Part shown: piece after piece, positions 1 to 7,390 of the stretch
How positions within the stretch are numbered: the first letter of the stretch is position 1
Layout of the letters: the number at the start of each line of letters is the position of its first letter
The notes under the pieces: generated by a model
What the model was told of the DNA's origin: nothing
What the model saw: only the letters and a program-made list of their open reading frames with translations
Databases searched by the model: none
Translations under genes and position numbers: made by a program
Assembly: GCA_965237905.1 (NCBI GenBank)
Contig: OZ250172.1
Location: forward strand, 32,001 to 96,000
DNA from: Nitrospinaceae bacterium
GTDB lineage: Bacteria; Nitrospinota; Nitrospinia; Nitrospinales; Nitrospinaceae
DNA length: 64,000 nucleotides
Direction of reading: 5' to 3'

Positions 1-843
1 CAGGCCATGTACGGCATCGGTGACCAGATGCGCGAGAAGGTGGCCCGGGGCGAAGATCCTCTGGAAGGCATGATCGAGGACCGGAGCCGTGCGATGGAAG
101 AAAAATTTGCTGAAGAAGTCGCCAAGGTTCAGGATCTAAAGGTTCGGGATCAGAAAACACTTAAATGTAACGAGTGCGGCAGTATCGTGGATGAGGATGT
201 TGTGAAGTGTGGTGTCTGCGGCGCCGGAGCCGAGAGTTTGTTCGCTATGGACAAATCGGGATTCCAGGCCGACAGTGAAGAGAAGAGCGATTCGACCACC
301 GTCACCACGTTCGACTCGGTGCAAGTGACTTGGACGCAGGATGCATTGGATTATCTGAATCAGTTCCCCGAAGGCCATATTCGGAGACGCGCCCATGCCC
401 GTATCGAGAAAAATGCGCGGGTCCAGAAAGTTTCCACCATTTCCGTGGCTTTTGCCAAGGATCTGCTCAACGATAGCCAAGCAGTTGATACCAAGTCAAA
501 GGATGGCAACGGCAACGGTCATAAAACGGAACAACCTGCAGAAGGTTTTAAAGCCTACGGGGATTTGCCTAAGTTTGAAGGAAAAAATTTCAGTAAAGAC
601 ATTGAAATTGATCCCACTCAATATTTCTGGTCCGATGATGCGATTGGCCGAATTGAAAAGGTACCGAAGGGCTTCATGAGGGACAATACCATGGAGCGAG
701 TGCTGGATTACGCCCATTCCCAGAATACGAATAACATCAGTCTGGAGTTTTGTGAAAAAGGGATCGAAGAGTCCGTCAAGGTCATGAACGAATTGGTCAA
801 AAATGGGGCGACTCTGGAAGATTTTATCCCGCAAAAGAAATAG
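1..843 (+). CDS. 5'-truncated protein with a rubredoxin-like CxxC...CxxC knuckle and two PCP_red-like (BchB C-terminal-like) domains
   Basis: Frame is open from base 1. CNECG...CGVCG motif, plus two repeats of W(T/S)xDA..l..P.G..R (WTQDALDYLNQFPEGHIRRR; WSDDAIGRIEKVPKGFMRD). Confidence 0.65.
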   Translation, partial: QAMYGIGDQMREKVARGEDPLEGMIEDRSRAMEEKFAEEVAKVQDLKVRDQKTLKCNECGSIVDEDVVKCGVCGAGAESLFAMDKSGFQADSEEKSDSTTVTTFDSVQVTWTQDALDYLNQFPEGHIRRRAHARIEKNARVQKVSTISVAFAKDLLNDSQAVDTKSKDGNGNGHKTEQPAEGFKAYGDLPKFEGKNFSKDIEIDPTQYFWSDDAIGRIEKVPKGFMRDNTMERVLDYAHSQNTNNISLEFCEKGIEESVKVMNELVKNGATLEDFIPQKK

Positions 844-862
844 ATTCGGAACACAATCCCAG

Positions 863-883
863 TCCAACCCCCGGTTGGATTTT
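863..883 (+). terminator. Putative intrinsic terminator
   Basis: TCCAACC-ccc-GGTTGGA followed by TTTT, 20 nt after the stop codon. Confidence 0.45.
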
Positions 884-944
884 CTGAAAAGTCTCCGAAT
901 TGCCAACATTTTAAGTCCAAACCCCTGTTTCGTTGTATCGCTTA

Positions 945-1059
945 TGACGGGCAGGGGTTTTTCTTTTCCCTTTGATTTCGCCTTCCTAAAATCTTCCACT
1001 ACAGCTTATAATACTTAGATGGATTTTAAACTCTATAAACGCCTGCTTCGCAATCTCAT
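945..1059 (+). repeat. Direct repeat copy 1 (msbA promoter plus first 13 codons)
   Basis: Matches 1649-1762 with 1 indel and 3 substitutions; identical over 982-1047. Confidence 0.97.
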
Positions 1060-1099
1060 GCTGGCTTATCAGATCAAGAAATGCGAGTCACAGCTTTGA
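1019..1099 (+). CDS. Putative 26-aa leaderless chimeric mini-ORF MDFKLYKRLLRNLMLAYQIKKCESQL
   Basis: ATG 6 nt after TATAAT (1007-1012). First 13 aa are identical to the MsbA N-terminus. TGA (1097-1099) overlaps TTG (1096-1098) of the next gene. Confidence 0.4.
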   Translation: MDFKLYKRLLRNLMLAYQIKKCESQL

Positions 1100-1554
1100 T
1101 TTGGTTACGAACCACCATTTTGTCGTTCGCTTGCGTTATACCTCTGGCGTGCTTCGAGGAGGCACAGGATGCCGACAGGGTGGCAACACACACCCATCCC
1201 AACGGACTGAGGATCGCCGCACCGGAGCGCTTTGCGGTTACCGAAATAACCGATGGGTTCCAGCTTCGACCGGCCAGTAACGATCGTTTGATTGATGAAA
1301 CTGTCATTGAGGTTCACAGCACACCACCGACAGCAACCAGCGATATCCAAACGAAGTCGACGGACGCGGGCCAAGTCACCTACACCATCCAGGCACTGGG
1401 TAGTGGATCAGGTGGCACCGAGTATGCGCTGACAGCATGGCGTCCAATAGGCAAGCGCTGGACCGTCATGACGGCTGTGCAACAGCGGGAATGGGGCAAA
1501 CCGGGTTTTGCAGAGGCCTGGAAAATGTTCGAGACGGCCACTTTATCAAAGTGA
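1081..1554 (+). CDS. Tsi3-like T6SS immunity lipoprotein (start may be TTG 1096)
   Basis: Lipobox PLAC. Motifs THPNGL..P..F....GF, G(S)GG(T)EY.L.A..P.G.RW.V....Q.E.G.P.FA.AW resemble P. aeruginosa Tsi3 as I recall it. Confidence 0.75.
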   Translation: MRVTALIWLRTTILSFACVIPLACFEEAQDADRVATHTHPNGLRIAAPERFAVTEITDGFQLRPASNDRLIDETVIEVHSTPPTATSDIQTKSTDAGQVTYTIQALGSGSGGTEYALTAWRPIGKRWTVMTAVQQREWGKPGFAEAWKMFETATLSK

Positions 1555-1648
1555 AATAGAGAGTGGGAGGTCACCGGCGCTGAGTCGCTCCAAGGCCGCG
1601 CCACTTTCTTGAGTCATACAAGCGGTAGACTAGTTTGTGGTCTAATAT

Positions 1649-1762
1649 TGACGGGCGGGGTTTTTCTTTTCCCTTTGATTTCGTCTTCCTAAAATCTTCC
1701 ACTACAGCTTATAATACTTAGATGGATTTTAAACTCTATAAACGCCTGCTCCGCAACCTCAT
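1649..1762 (+). repeat. Direct repeat copy 2 (functional msbA promoter and 5' end)
   Basis: Matches 945-1059. Confidence 0.97.
1710..1715 (+). promoter_or_regulatory. -10 box of a probable leaderless msbA transcript
   Basis: TATAAT 6 nt upstream of ATG 1722; no Shine-Dalgarno. Confidence 0.6.
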
Positions 1763-3449
1763 TCCCTATAAAGGAAAAGTCATTATTGTTCTGGTGACCT
1801 CGGTCATCGTGGGAGTTCTTTCCACGTCGCCTGTCCCTCTGGTTAAAGAAGCATTGGATAAGATTTTCATTGATAAAGACACCTTCATGCTGAATGTCAT
1901 CCCACTGGCTCTCGTCGTCCTCTATATCATCAAGGGCGGTCTCCGGTATTTTCAGAGTTGTTTGATTTTCAGGATCGGATGGGAATTGGTGGCGAAATTC
2001 AGGATAGATATTTTTAGACATATCCATAAGCTTCCCTATGGCTTTTTTGAGAAGGATACCACCGGAAAATTAATGTCTCGGGCGGTGAATGATGTCAATG
2101 TCATGCTGTTGACCCTGGCTCGGCATGTGAAAGACGCCCTGCAAAACATCGTTATGTTTCTGGGATTGATGTTCTGGGTTTTTTATCTCAAATGGGATTG
2201 GGCCCTGATCGCCATTTTTGTGATTCCCTTCGCCCTGATCCCCGTTTCTACCGTAGGAAAAAAACTGCGGCATTTGGGAAGAAGAGGGCAGGAGATCATC
2301 GCCGACATCACCTCCACCATGCTGGAATCTTTCTCAGGAGTCAAAATCGTCCGCGCCTTCGGCCTGGAAAAAATTGAAGAGAAAAAACTCGATAGAGACA
2401 ATCAGGCCTTCCTCGAAAATATGAGAAAAAATGTCAAATACACTGAATTAACCTCACCTCTGATGGAAGTTCTGGGTGTGGTAGGGGGGTCCGCCGTTCT
2501 CTGGTATGGCGGGTTTCAGGTCATGAGCGGGGAAGTGACTCAGGGAACCTTCTTCGCATTTATATTGGGGATGTTCATGATGTATGATCCCATGCGGGTT
2601 TTGTTCAAGCTCTATACGGACGTTCAAATCGCCTTAGCCGCTTCCGAACGGGTTTATTCCCTTCTTGATGAAGAACCGGAAAAAATGCGGGAGGGGAAAA
2701 TGAATATGACTGGGTTTCAGCATCAGATCGAATACAAAAATGTTTCGTTCAAATATCCGTCGCGGGAGACGATGGTTCTTAAAAATATCAACCTGACGGT
2801 GAACAAATCCGATGTCCTCGCAATCGTGGGAATGAGCGGCGCCGGGAAAAGCACCCTGGCGGACCTTCTGTTCAAGTTTTTTATCGTGACCGAAGGGGAG
2901 ATCCTGATCGACGGGGAAAATATCAATGATTTGAACAGTCATTCCCTGAGAAGCAACATTGCTTTGGTCACCCAGGAAACGTTCTTGTTCAACGATACCA
3001 TTTTGGCCAATATCCAGTTTGGCAACCCTACCGCTACCCGCGAGGAAGTAATGGATGCCGCCAAAGCAGCTCATGTGGATATTTTTGTCCGCCACTTGGA
3101 TGATAATTACGATACCGTTATCGGCGAGCGAGGCGTCATGCTTTCCGGGGGGCAACGGCAGAGAATCGCCATTGCCCGTGCCATTTTGAGAAATGCGCCG
3201 ATTCTGGTGCTCGACGAGGCCACCTCTGCACTGGATTCGGAATCCGAAAAACTGGTTCAGGATGCCCTGCACCGCCTGATGGAACATCGGACTACATTCG
3301 TCATCGCTCACCGGTTGTCCACCATTAAAAGTGCCGATCGTATTATTGTCATGGACCAGGGAGAAATCATCGGTTCCGGCACCCACGAGGAATTGATGGT
3401 CGACTGCGCTCAATACCAGAAGTATTATGAGATGCAGGTCATGGGTTAA
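1722..3449 (+). CDS. msbA: MsbA-like lipid A/ABC exporter (TMD+NBD)
   Basis: N-terminal TM domain; Walker A GMSGAGKST, LSGGQRQR, ILVLDEATSALD, IAHRLST. Confidence 0.8.
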   Translation: MDFKLYKRLLRNLIPYKGKVIIVLVTSVIVGVLSTSPVPLVKEALDKIFIDKDTFMLNVIPLALVVLYIIKGGLRYFQSCLIFRIGWELVAKFRIDIFRHIHKLPYGFFEKDTTGKLMSRAVNDVNVMLLTLARHVKDALQNIVMFLGLMFWVFYLKWDWALIAIFVIPFALIPVSTVGKKLRHLGRRGQEIIADITSTMLESFSGVKIVRAFGLEKIEEKKLDRDNQAFLENMRKNVKYTELTSPLMEVLGVVGGSAVLWYGGFQVMSGEVTQGTFFAFILGMFMMYDPMRVLFKLYTDVQIALAASERVYSLLDEEPEKMREGKMNMTGFQHQIEYKNVSFKYPSRETMVLKNINLTVNKSDVLAIVGMSGAGKSTLADLLFKFFIVTEGEILIDGENINDLNSHSLRSNIALVTQETFLFNDTILANIQFGNPTATREEVMDAAKAAHVDIFVRHLDDNYDTVIGERGVMLSGGQRQRIAIARAILRNAPILVLDEATSALDSESEKLVQDALHRLMEHRTTFVIAHRLSTIKSADRIIVMDQGEIIGSGTHEELMVDCAQYQKYYEMQVMG

Positions 3450-3477
3450 GTTCAGTGAACCTTGCTTACACTAACGT

Positions 3478-4523
3478 ATGCGCTTCGAAAAAGTTTACAT
3501 AGAGTCGTTGGGTTACCATTTACCCGAAAATGTCGTGACTTCGGATGATCTGGAACGACGTCTTTCGCCTCTCTATGAGAAGCTGAAACTTCCGTTCGGG
3601 CGGCTGGAAATGATGAGCGGTATCCGGGAGCGCCGGTTTTTTGAAAAAGGCGTGTTCCCCAGCCAAGTCAGTTCCCTTGCCGGAGAACACGCCCTCTCCA
3701 AAACGGATGTGGACCGCAAGCATGTCGGTTGCCTCATCTCCGGTTCTGTATGCCGCGATTTTCTGGAGCCCGCCACCGCTTCGATCATTCATCACAATTT
3801 AAAATTGCCGAATGATTCTCACGTGTTTGATATTTCCAATGCCTGCCTGGGAGTGCTCAACGGCATGGTGCATGTGGCGAACATGATCGAAATGGGACAG
3901 ATTCGGGCTGGCCTGATCGTGTCGGGAGAAAACGGCGGACCGCTCGTCGATACCACTATAGAAACGTTACTGGCCGATCCCAATCCAACCCGCGCCAAGA
4001 TCAATCCGCTTTTGCTTCAATGACCATCGGTTCCGCGGCGGTGGCGGTTTTACTGGTGCACAAGGATCTTTCCAGCAAGGGGCATCGGTTGGTGGGCGCT
4101 GTCGGACGGGCGGAGACGCGCTTCAATGAATTGTGCCAGGGCAGTGAAGATATGGGAATGGGTGCCGACTCTTCTCCGCTTATGGAGACCGACTCGGAGA
4201 CGCTGATGAAAGAGGGATGCCAGCTGGCGAAAGATACGTGGGATATCACGAAGTCCGAGTTCGGCTGGAAGAACCAGGATGTGGACAAAGTGTTTTGTCA
4301 TCAGGTCGGACATATTCACCGGAAACTGCTGTACGAAACTCTGGGACTGGATTTGAAGAAGGATTTTTCCACCCTGGAATATCTCGGCAATACCGGATCA
4401 GCCGCATTGCCCGTCACCCTTGCCATCGGTGAAGAAAAAGGGGCTGTTCAAAAAGGTGATTCCGTGGCCTTGCTGGGAATCGGCAGTGGACTCAACTGCC
4501 TGATGATGGGCGTGGAATGGTGA
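3478..4523 (+). pseudogene. oleA: OleA-type thiolase/KAS III split by a 1-nt deletion near 4003-4004 (pseudogene or sequencing error)
   Basis: Part 1 carries LEPATAS and NACLG; part 2 carries TIGSAA, CHQVG, GNTGS and GIGSGLN. Adding one A gives ...KIKSAFASMTIGS... and a 348-aa protein. Confidence 0.8.
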
Positions 4524-5407
4524 GTGGATTTTCGATAGAACCGTTTCGCGATTTGTATCCCTTCGAATCCCGGTTCATCGAGCTCGGCTCCCACCGCCTG
4601 CACTACCTTGACGAAGGGCAGGGCGATCCTCTCCTCATGCTTCACGGCAACCCCACCTGGTCATTTTATTACCGTAACCTGATCAAGGGACTGCGAAGCC
4701 AGTTCCGATGCGTGGTGCCGGACCATATGGGGTGCGGATTGTCCGACAAGCCGCAGGAGTACAACTACACACTCTCGCAACACATCGATAACCTGGCAAG
4801 ATTGATCGATCATCTGAAGCTCGATAACATAACCCTGGTGGTGCACGATTGGGGTGGAGCCATCGGAATGGGATTTGCTGTGCGGCATCCCGATAAAATC
4901 AAACGGCTCGTTTTTTTCAACACCTCCGCTTTTCTTGCCGACCGCATTCCTTTCAGTATCAACCTGTGCCGGAATTCAATTATTGGTCCGCTGGCCATTT
5001 TGAGGTTTAACCTGTTTGCTGCATTGGGGGCGTCGTGGGCCAGTAAAGTACGGGGACGCATGAGAGGCAAGGTTCGCAAAGGGTATCTGGCGCCCTACAA
5101 TTCTCCCGAGAACCGCATTGCCAACTTGAGATTCGTGCAGGATATTCCTATGACGCCCGATATTCCCAGCTACCCGGTGATCGAGCAGATTGAATCCCAG
5201 CTGGGCTACTTCCGGGACCGTCCAGTGTTGATCATCTGGGGCATGCGGGACTTCTGTTTCACGGATTACTTTCTCGACCGATGGAAAAAATATTTCCCGA
5301 ACGCAGAGGTGCATGAGGTGGAGCAGGCGGGTCATTACGTGGTGGAAGACGCCGATGAGGAAATCATTCCCTGGCTGATCCAATTTTTAAAAAATCATCC
5401 AATTTAA
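4517..5407 (+). CDS. oleB: OleB-like alpha/beta hydrolase (haloalkane dehalogenase family; beta-lactone decarboxylase)
   Basis: HGNPTWSFYYR, VHDWGGAIG, FVQDIP, AGHYVVED; overlaps the oleA end. Confidence 0.75.
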   Translation: MVSGFSIEPFRDLYPFESRFIELGSHRLHYLDEGQGDPLLMLHGNPTWSFYYRNLIKGLRSQFRCVVPDHMGCGLSDKPQEYNYTLSQHIDNLARLIDHLKLDNITLVVHDWGGAIGMGFAVRHPDKIKRLVFFNTSAFLADRIPFSINLCRNSIIGPLAILRFNLFAALGASWASKVRGRMRGKVRKGYLAPYNSPENRIANLRFVQDIPMTPDIPSYPVIEQIESQLGYFRDRPVLIIWGMRDFCFTDYFLDRWKKYFPNAEVHEVEQAGHYVVEDADEEIIPWLIQFLKNHPI

Positions 5408-5746
5408 ATGAAAAAAATGAAAATAGAGTTTTTATATTTTGCGAATTGTCCAAATTATTTGCTCGCTTTGGATATTTTGGATGAGGTTTTAAATGATGAG
5501 AACCTTGAGTGGCCGGTTGAAATGATTCTTGTGAACACTAATGAGACTGCGGTCTCGCAAAAATTTTTAGGTTCCCCATCGATTCGGATCTGCGGAGAAG
5601 ATCTGGAATATTCCCCAGGCGAGGAAAAGGAGTATGGCTTGAAATGCCGGGTCTATCAGGCGGATGGCAGAACTCAGGGATTTCCCCCGGGAAAATTGGT
5701 TAGGTCTGCGATTCAGAGGGCCAAGGCGAAAGAACCATCTGGGTGA
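5408..5746 (+). CDS. Small thioredoxin-fold protein (DUF2703/'DF' family-like)
   Basis: IEFLYFANCPNY, FLGSPSIRI.GED, CRVY; starts immediately after the oleB stop. Confidence 0.6.
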   Translation: MKKMKIEFLYFANCPNYLLALDILDEVLNDENLEWPVEMILVNTNETAVSQKFLGSPSIRICGEDLEYSPGEEKEYGLKCRVYQADGRTQGFPPGKLVRSAIQRAKAKEPSG

Positions 5747-5804
5747 GCCTCTTGAGTTCTATTTCGTTGAGTCTGTTTAAAGTTAGCTTATCGATAGAGG
5801 CAAT

Positions 5805-5839
5805 AAAAAAACGGCGCTCCCAAATGGGAACGCCGTTTT
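5805..5839. terminator. Bidirectional intrinsic terminator
   Basis: AAAACGGCG.TCCCA-AA-TGGGA.CGCCGTTTT between convergent genes. Confidence 0.8.
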
Positions 5840-5860
5840 GTGTTTGATTGATACGGGTGT

Positions 5861-7168
5861 TCAGTACCTATAATGGTCGGGTTTGTACGGGCCTTCGACT
5901 GGAAGGTTCAGATACTTGGCTTGCTTGCCGGTCAACTTCGTCAGCTTGACGCCCAGTTTTCCGAGGTGCAGGCGCGCCACTTCTTCGTCCAGTTTCTTGG
6001 GTAATACATAAACGCCCAATTCATATTTCTTGGTGAACAGTTCGATTTGCGCCAGCACCTGATTGGTGAAGGAGTTGGACATGACGAACGAAGGATGCCC
6101 GGTGGCGCAACCCAGATTCACCAACCGGCCTTCCGCCAGTAGGACGATGCAATGCCCGTCCGGAAACGTATACTTGTCCACCTGCGGTTTGATTTCCTCT
6201 TTTTTGATACCGGGGAAATTATTCAATTTTTCCACCTGAATTTCGCAATCGAAGTGGCCGATGTTGCAAACGATGGCCGTGTCCTTCATCTTTTCCATGT
6301 GATCGATGCGTATGATGTCTTCACAGCCGGTAGTGGTGACGTAAATATCACCTTCTGCGATGGCGTTTTCCATAGTGGTGACTTCAAAACCTTCCATCGC
6401 CGCCTGCAGGGCACAGATGGGATCGATTTCCGTGACCAGGACGCGTCCGCCATACGACCGCATGGAGTGCGCGCATCCCTTACCGACATCGCCGTAACCG
6501 GCGATCACGATCACCTTGCCGGCGATCATCACGTCGGTGGCGCGTTTGATGCCGTCCGCCAGCGATTCGCGGCAACCGTACAGGTTGTCGAATTTCGATT
6601 TGGTAACGGAATCATTGACGTTCATCGCGGGCAATTTAAGTGTTCCGTCCTCGATCATTTTATAAAGCTTGTGCACGCCGGTGGTGGTTTCCTCGGTCAC
6701 GCCCTTGATACCCGCCAGCAGTTCGGGATGTTTTTCATGCACGTAGCCGGTCAGATCTCCGCCGTCGTCGAGAATCATATTCGGACCCTGGTCGTTATCG
6801 AACGGGAGGGTTTGCGCGGTGCACCACCAGTATTCTTCTTCGGTTTCGCCTTTCCACGCGAAAACTGGAATTCCCGCTTTGGCCATAGCCGCCGCGGCGT
6901 GATCCTGCGTCGAGAAAATATTGCAGGAGGCCCATCGGACTTCGGCACCCAGTTCAATGAGGGTCTCCATCAACACCGCCGTCTGGATGGTCATGTGGAG
7001 GGAGCCGGCGATGCGGGCGCCTTTCAGTGGTTTGCTTTTACCATATTTTTCACGCAGGGCCATCAGACCGGGCATTTCCTTTTCCGCGAGAATAATTTCC
7101 TGGCGGCCCCAGTCGGCCAGCGACAGGTCCTTAACTTTGTATTTTTCTGAGACAACCGTCGAGGTCAT
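5861..7168 (-). CDS. ahcY: Adenosylhomocysteinase
   Basis: [55 protein letters not shown]. Confidence 0.98.
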   Translation of the reverse strand: MTSTVVSEKYKVKDLSLADWGRQEIILAEKEMPGLMALREKYGKSKPLKGARIAGSLHMTIQTAVLMETLIELGAEVRWASCNIFSTQDHAAAAMAKAGIPVFAWKGETEEEYWWCTAQTLPFDNDQGPNMILDDGGDLTGYVHEKHPELLAGIKGVTEETTTGVHKLYKMIEDGTLKLPAMNVNDSVTKSKFDNLYGCRESLADGIKRATDVMIAGKVIVIAGYGDVGKGCAHSMRSYGGRVLVTEIDPICALQAAMEGFEVTTMENAIAEGDIYVTTTGCEDIIRIDHMEKMKDTAIVCNIGHFDCEIQVEKLNNFPGIKKEEIKPQVDKYTFPDGHCIVLLAEGRLVNLGCATGHPSFVMSNSFTNQVLAQIELFTKKYELGVYVLPKKLDEEVARLHLGKLGVKLTKLTGKQAKYLNLPVEGPYKPDHYRY

Positions 7169-7317
7169 TTAATTCTCCTTATCAATTCATTAAAGTAATG
7201 GGTACTTTCAACAGGTTGCCGATCTCGTGTTCGGTGAAGGCAATCCTTGGTAATTCAAGTGTGTATGTTTTTCCGGGGGCCATGGGGAAGTCTGGATGAC
7301 TCTGCCATATAGGATAC

Positions 7318-7346
7318 ATTGTAACAGTGAGCGTGTGTTTCGTCCA
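7318..7346 (-). promoter_or_regulatory. Putative sigma70 promoter of ahcY
   Basis: Minus strand TGGACG-N17-TACAAT with extended -10 TG. Confidence 0.45.
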
Positions 7347-7390
7347 CTTGAAAACCGGGCTAATGGAAGTGAAGGCATGAAAGATGTCAG

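Noticed and set aside
1555..1648. Possible integron attC site after the Tsi3-like gene
   Set aside because: No RYYYAAC...GTTRRRY pair or long imperfect palindrome seen.
6152..7150. 332-aa antisense ORF
   Set aside because: Shadow of the highly conserved ahcY.
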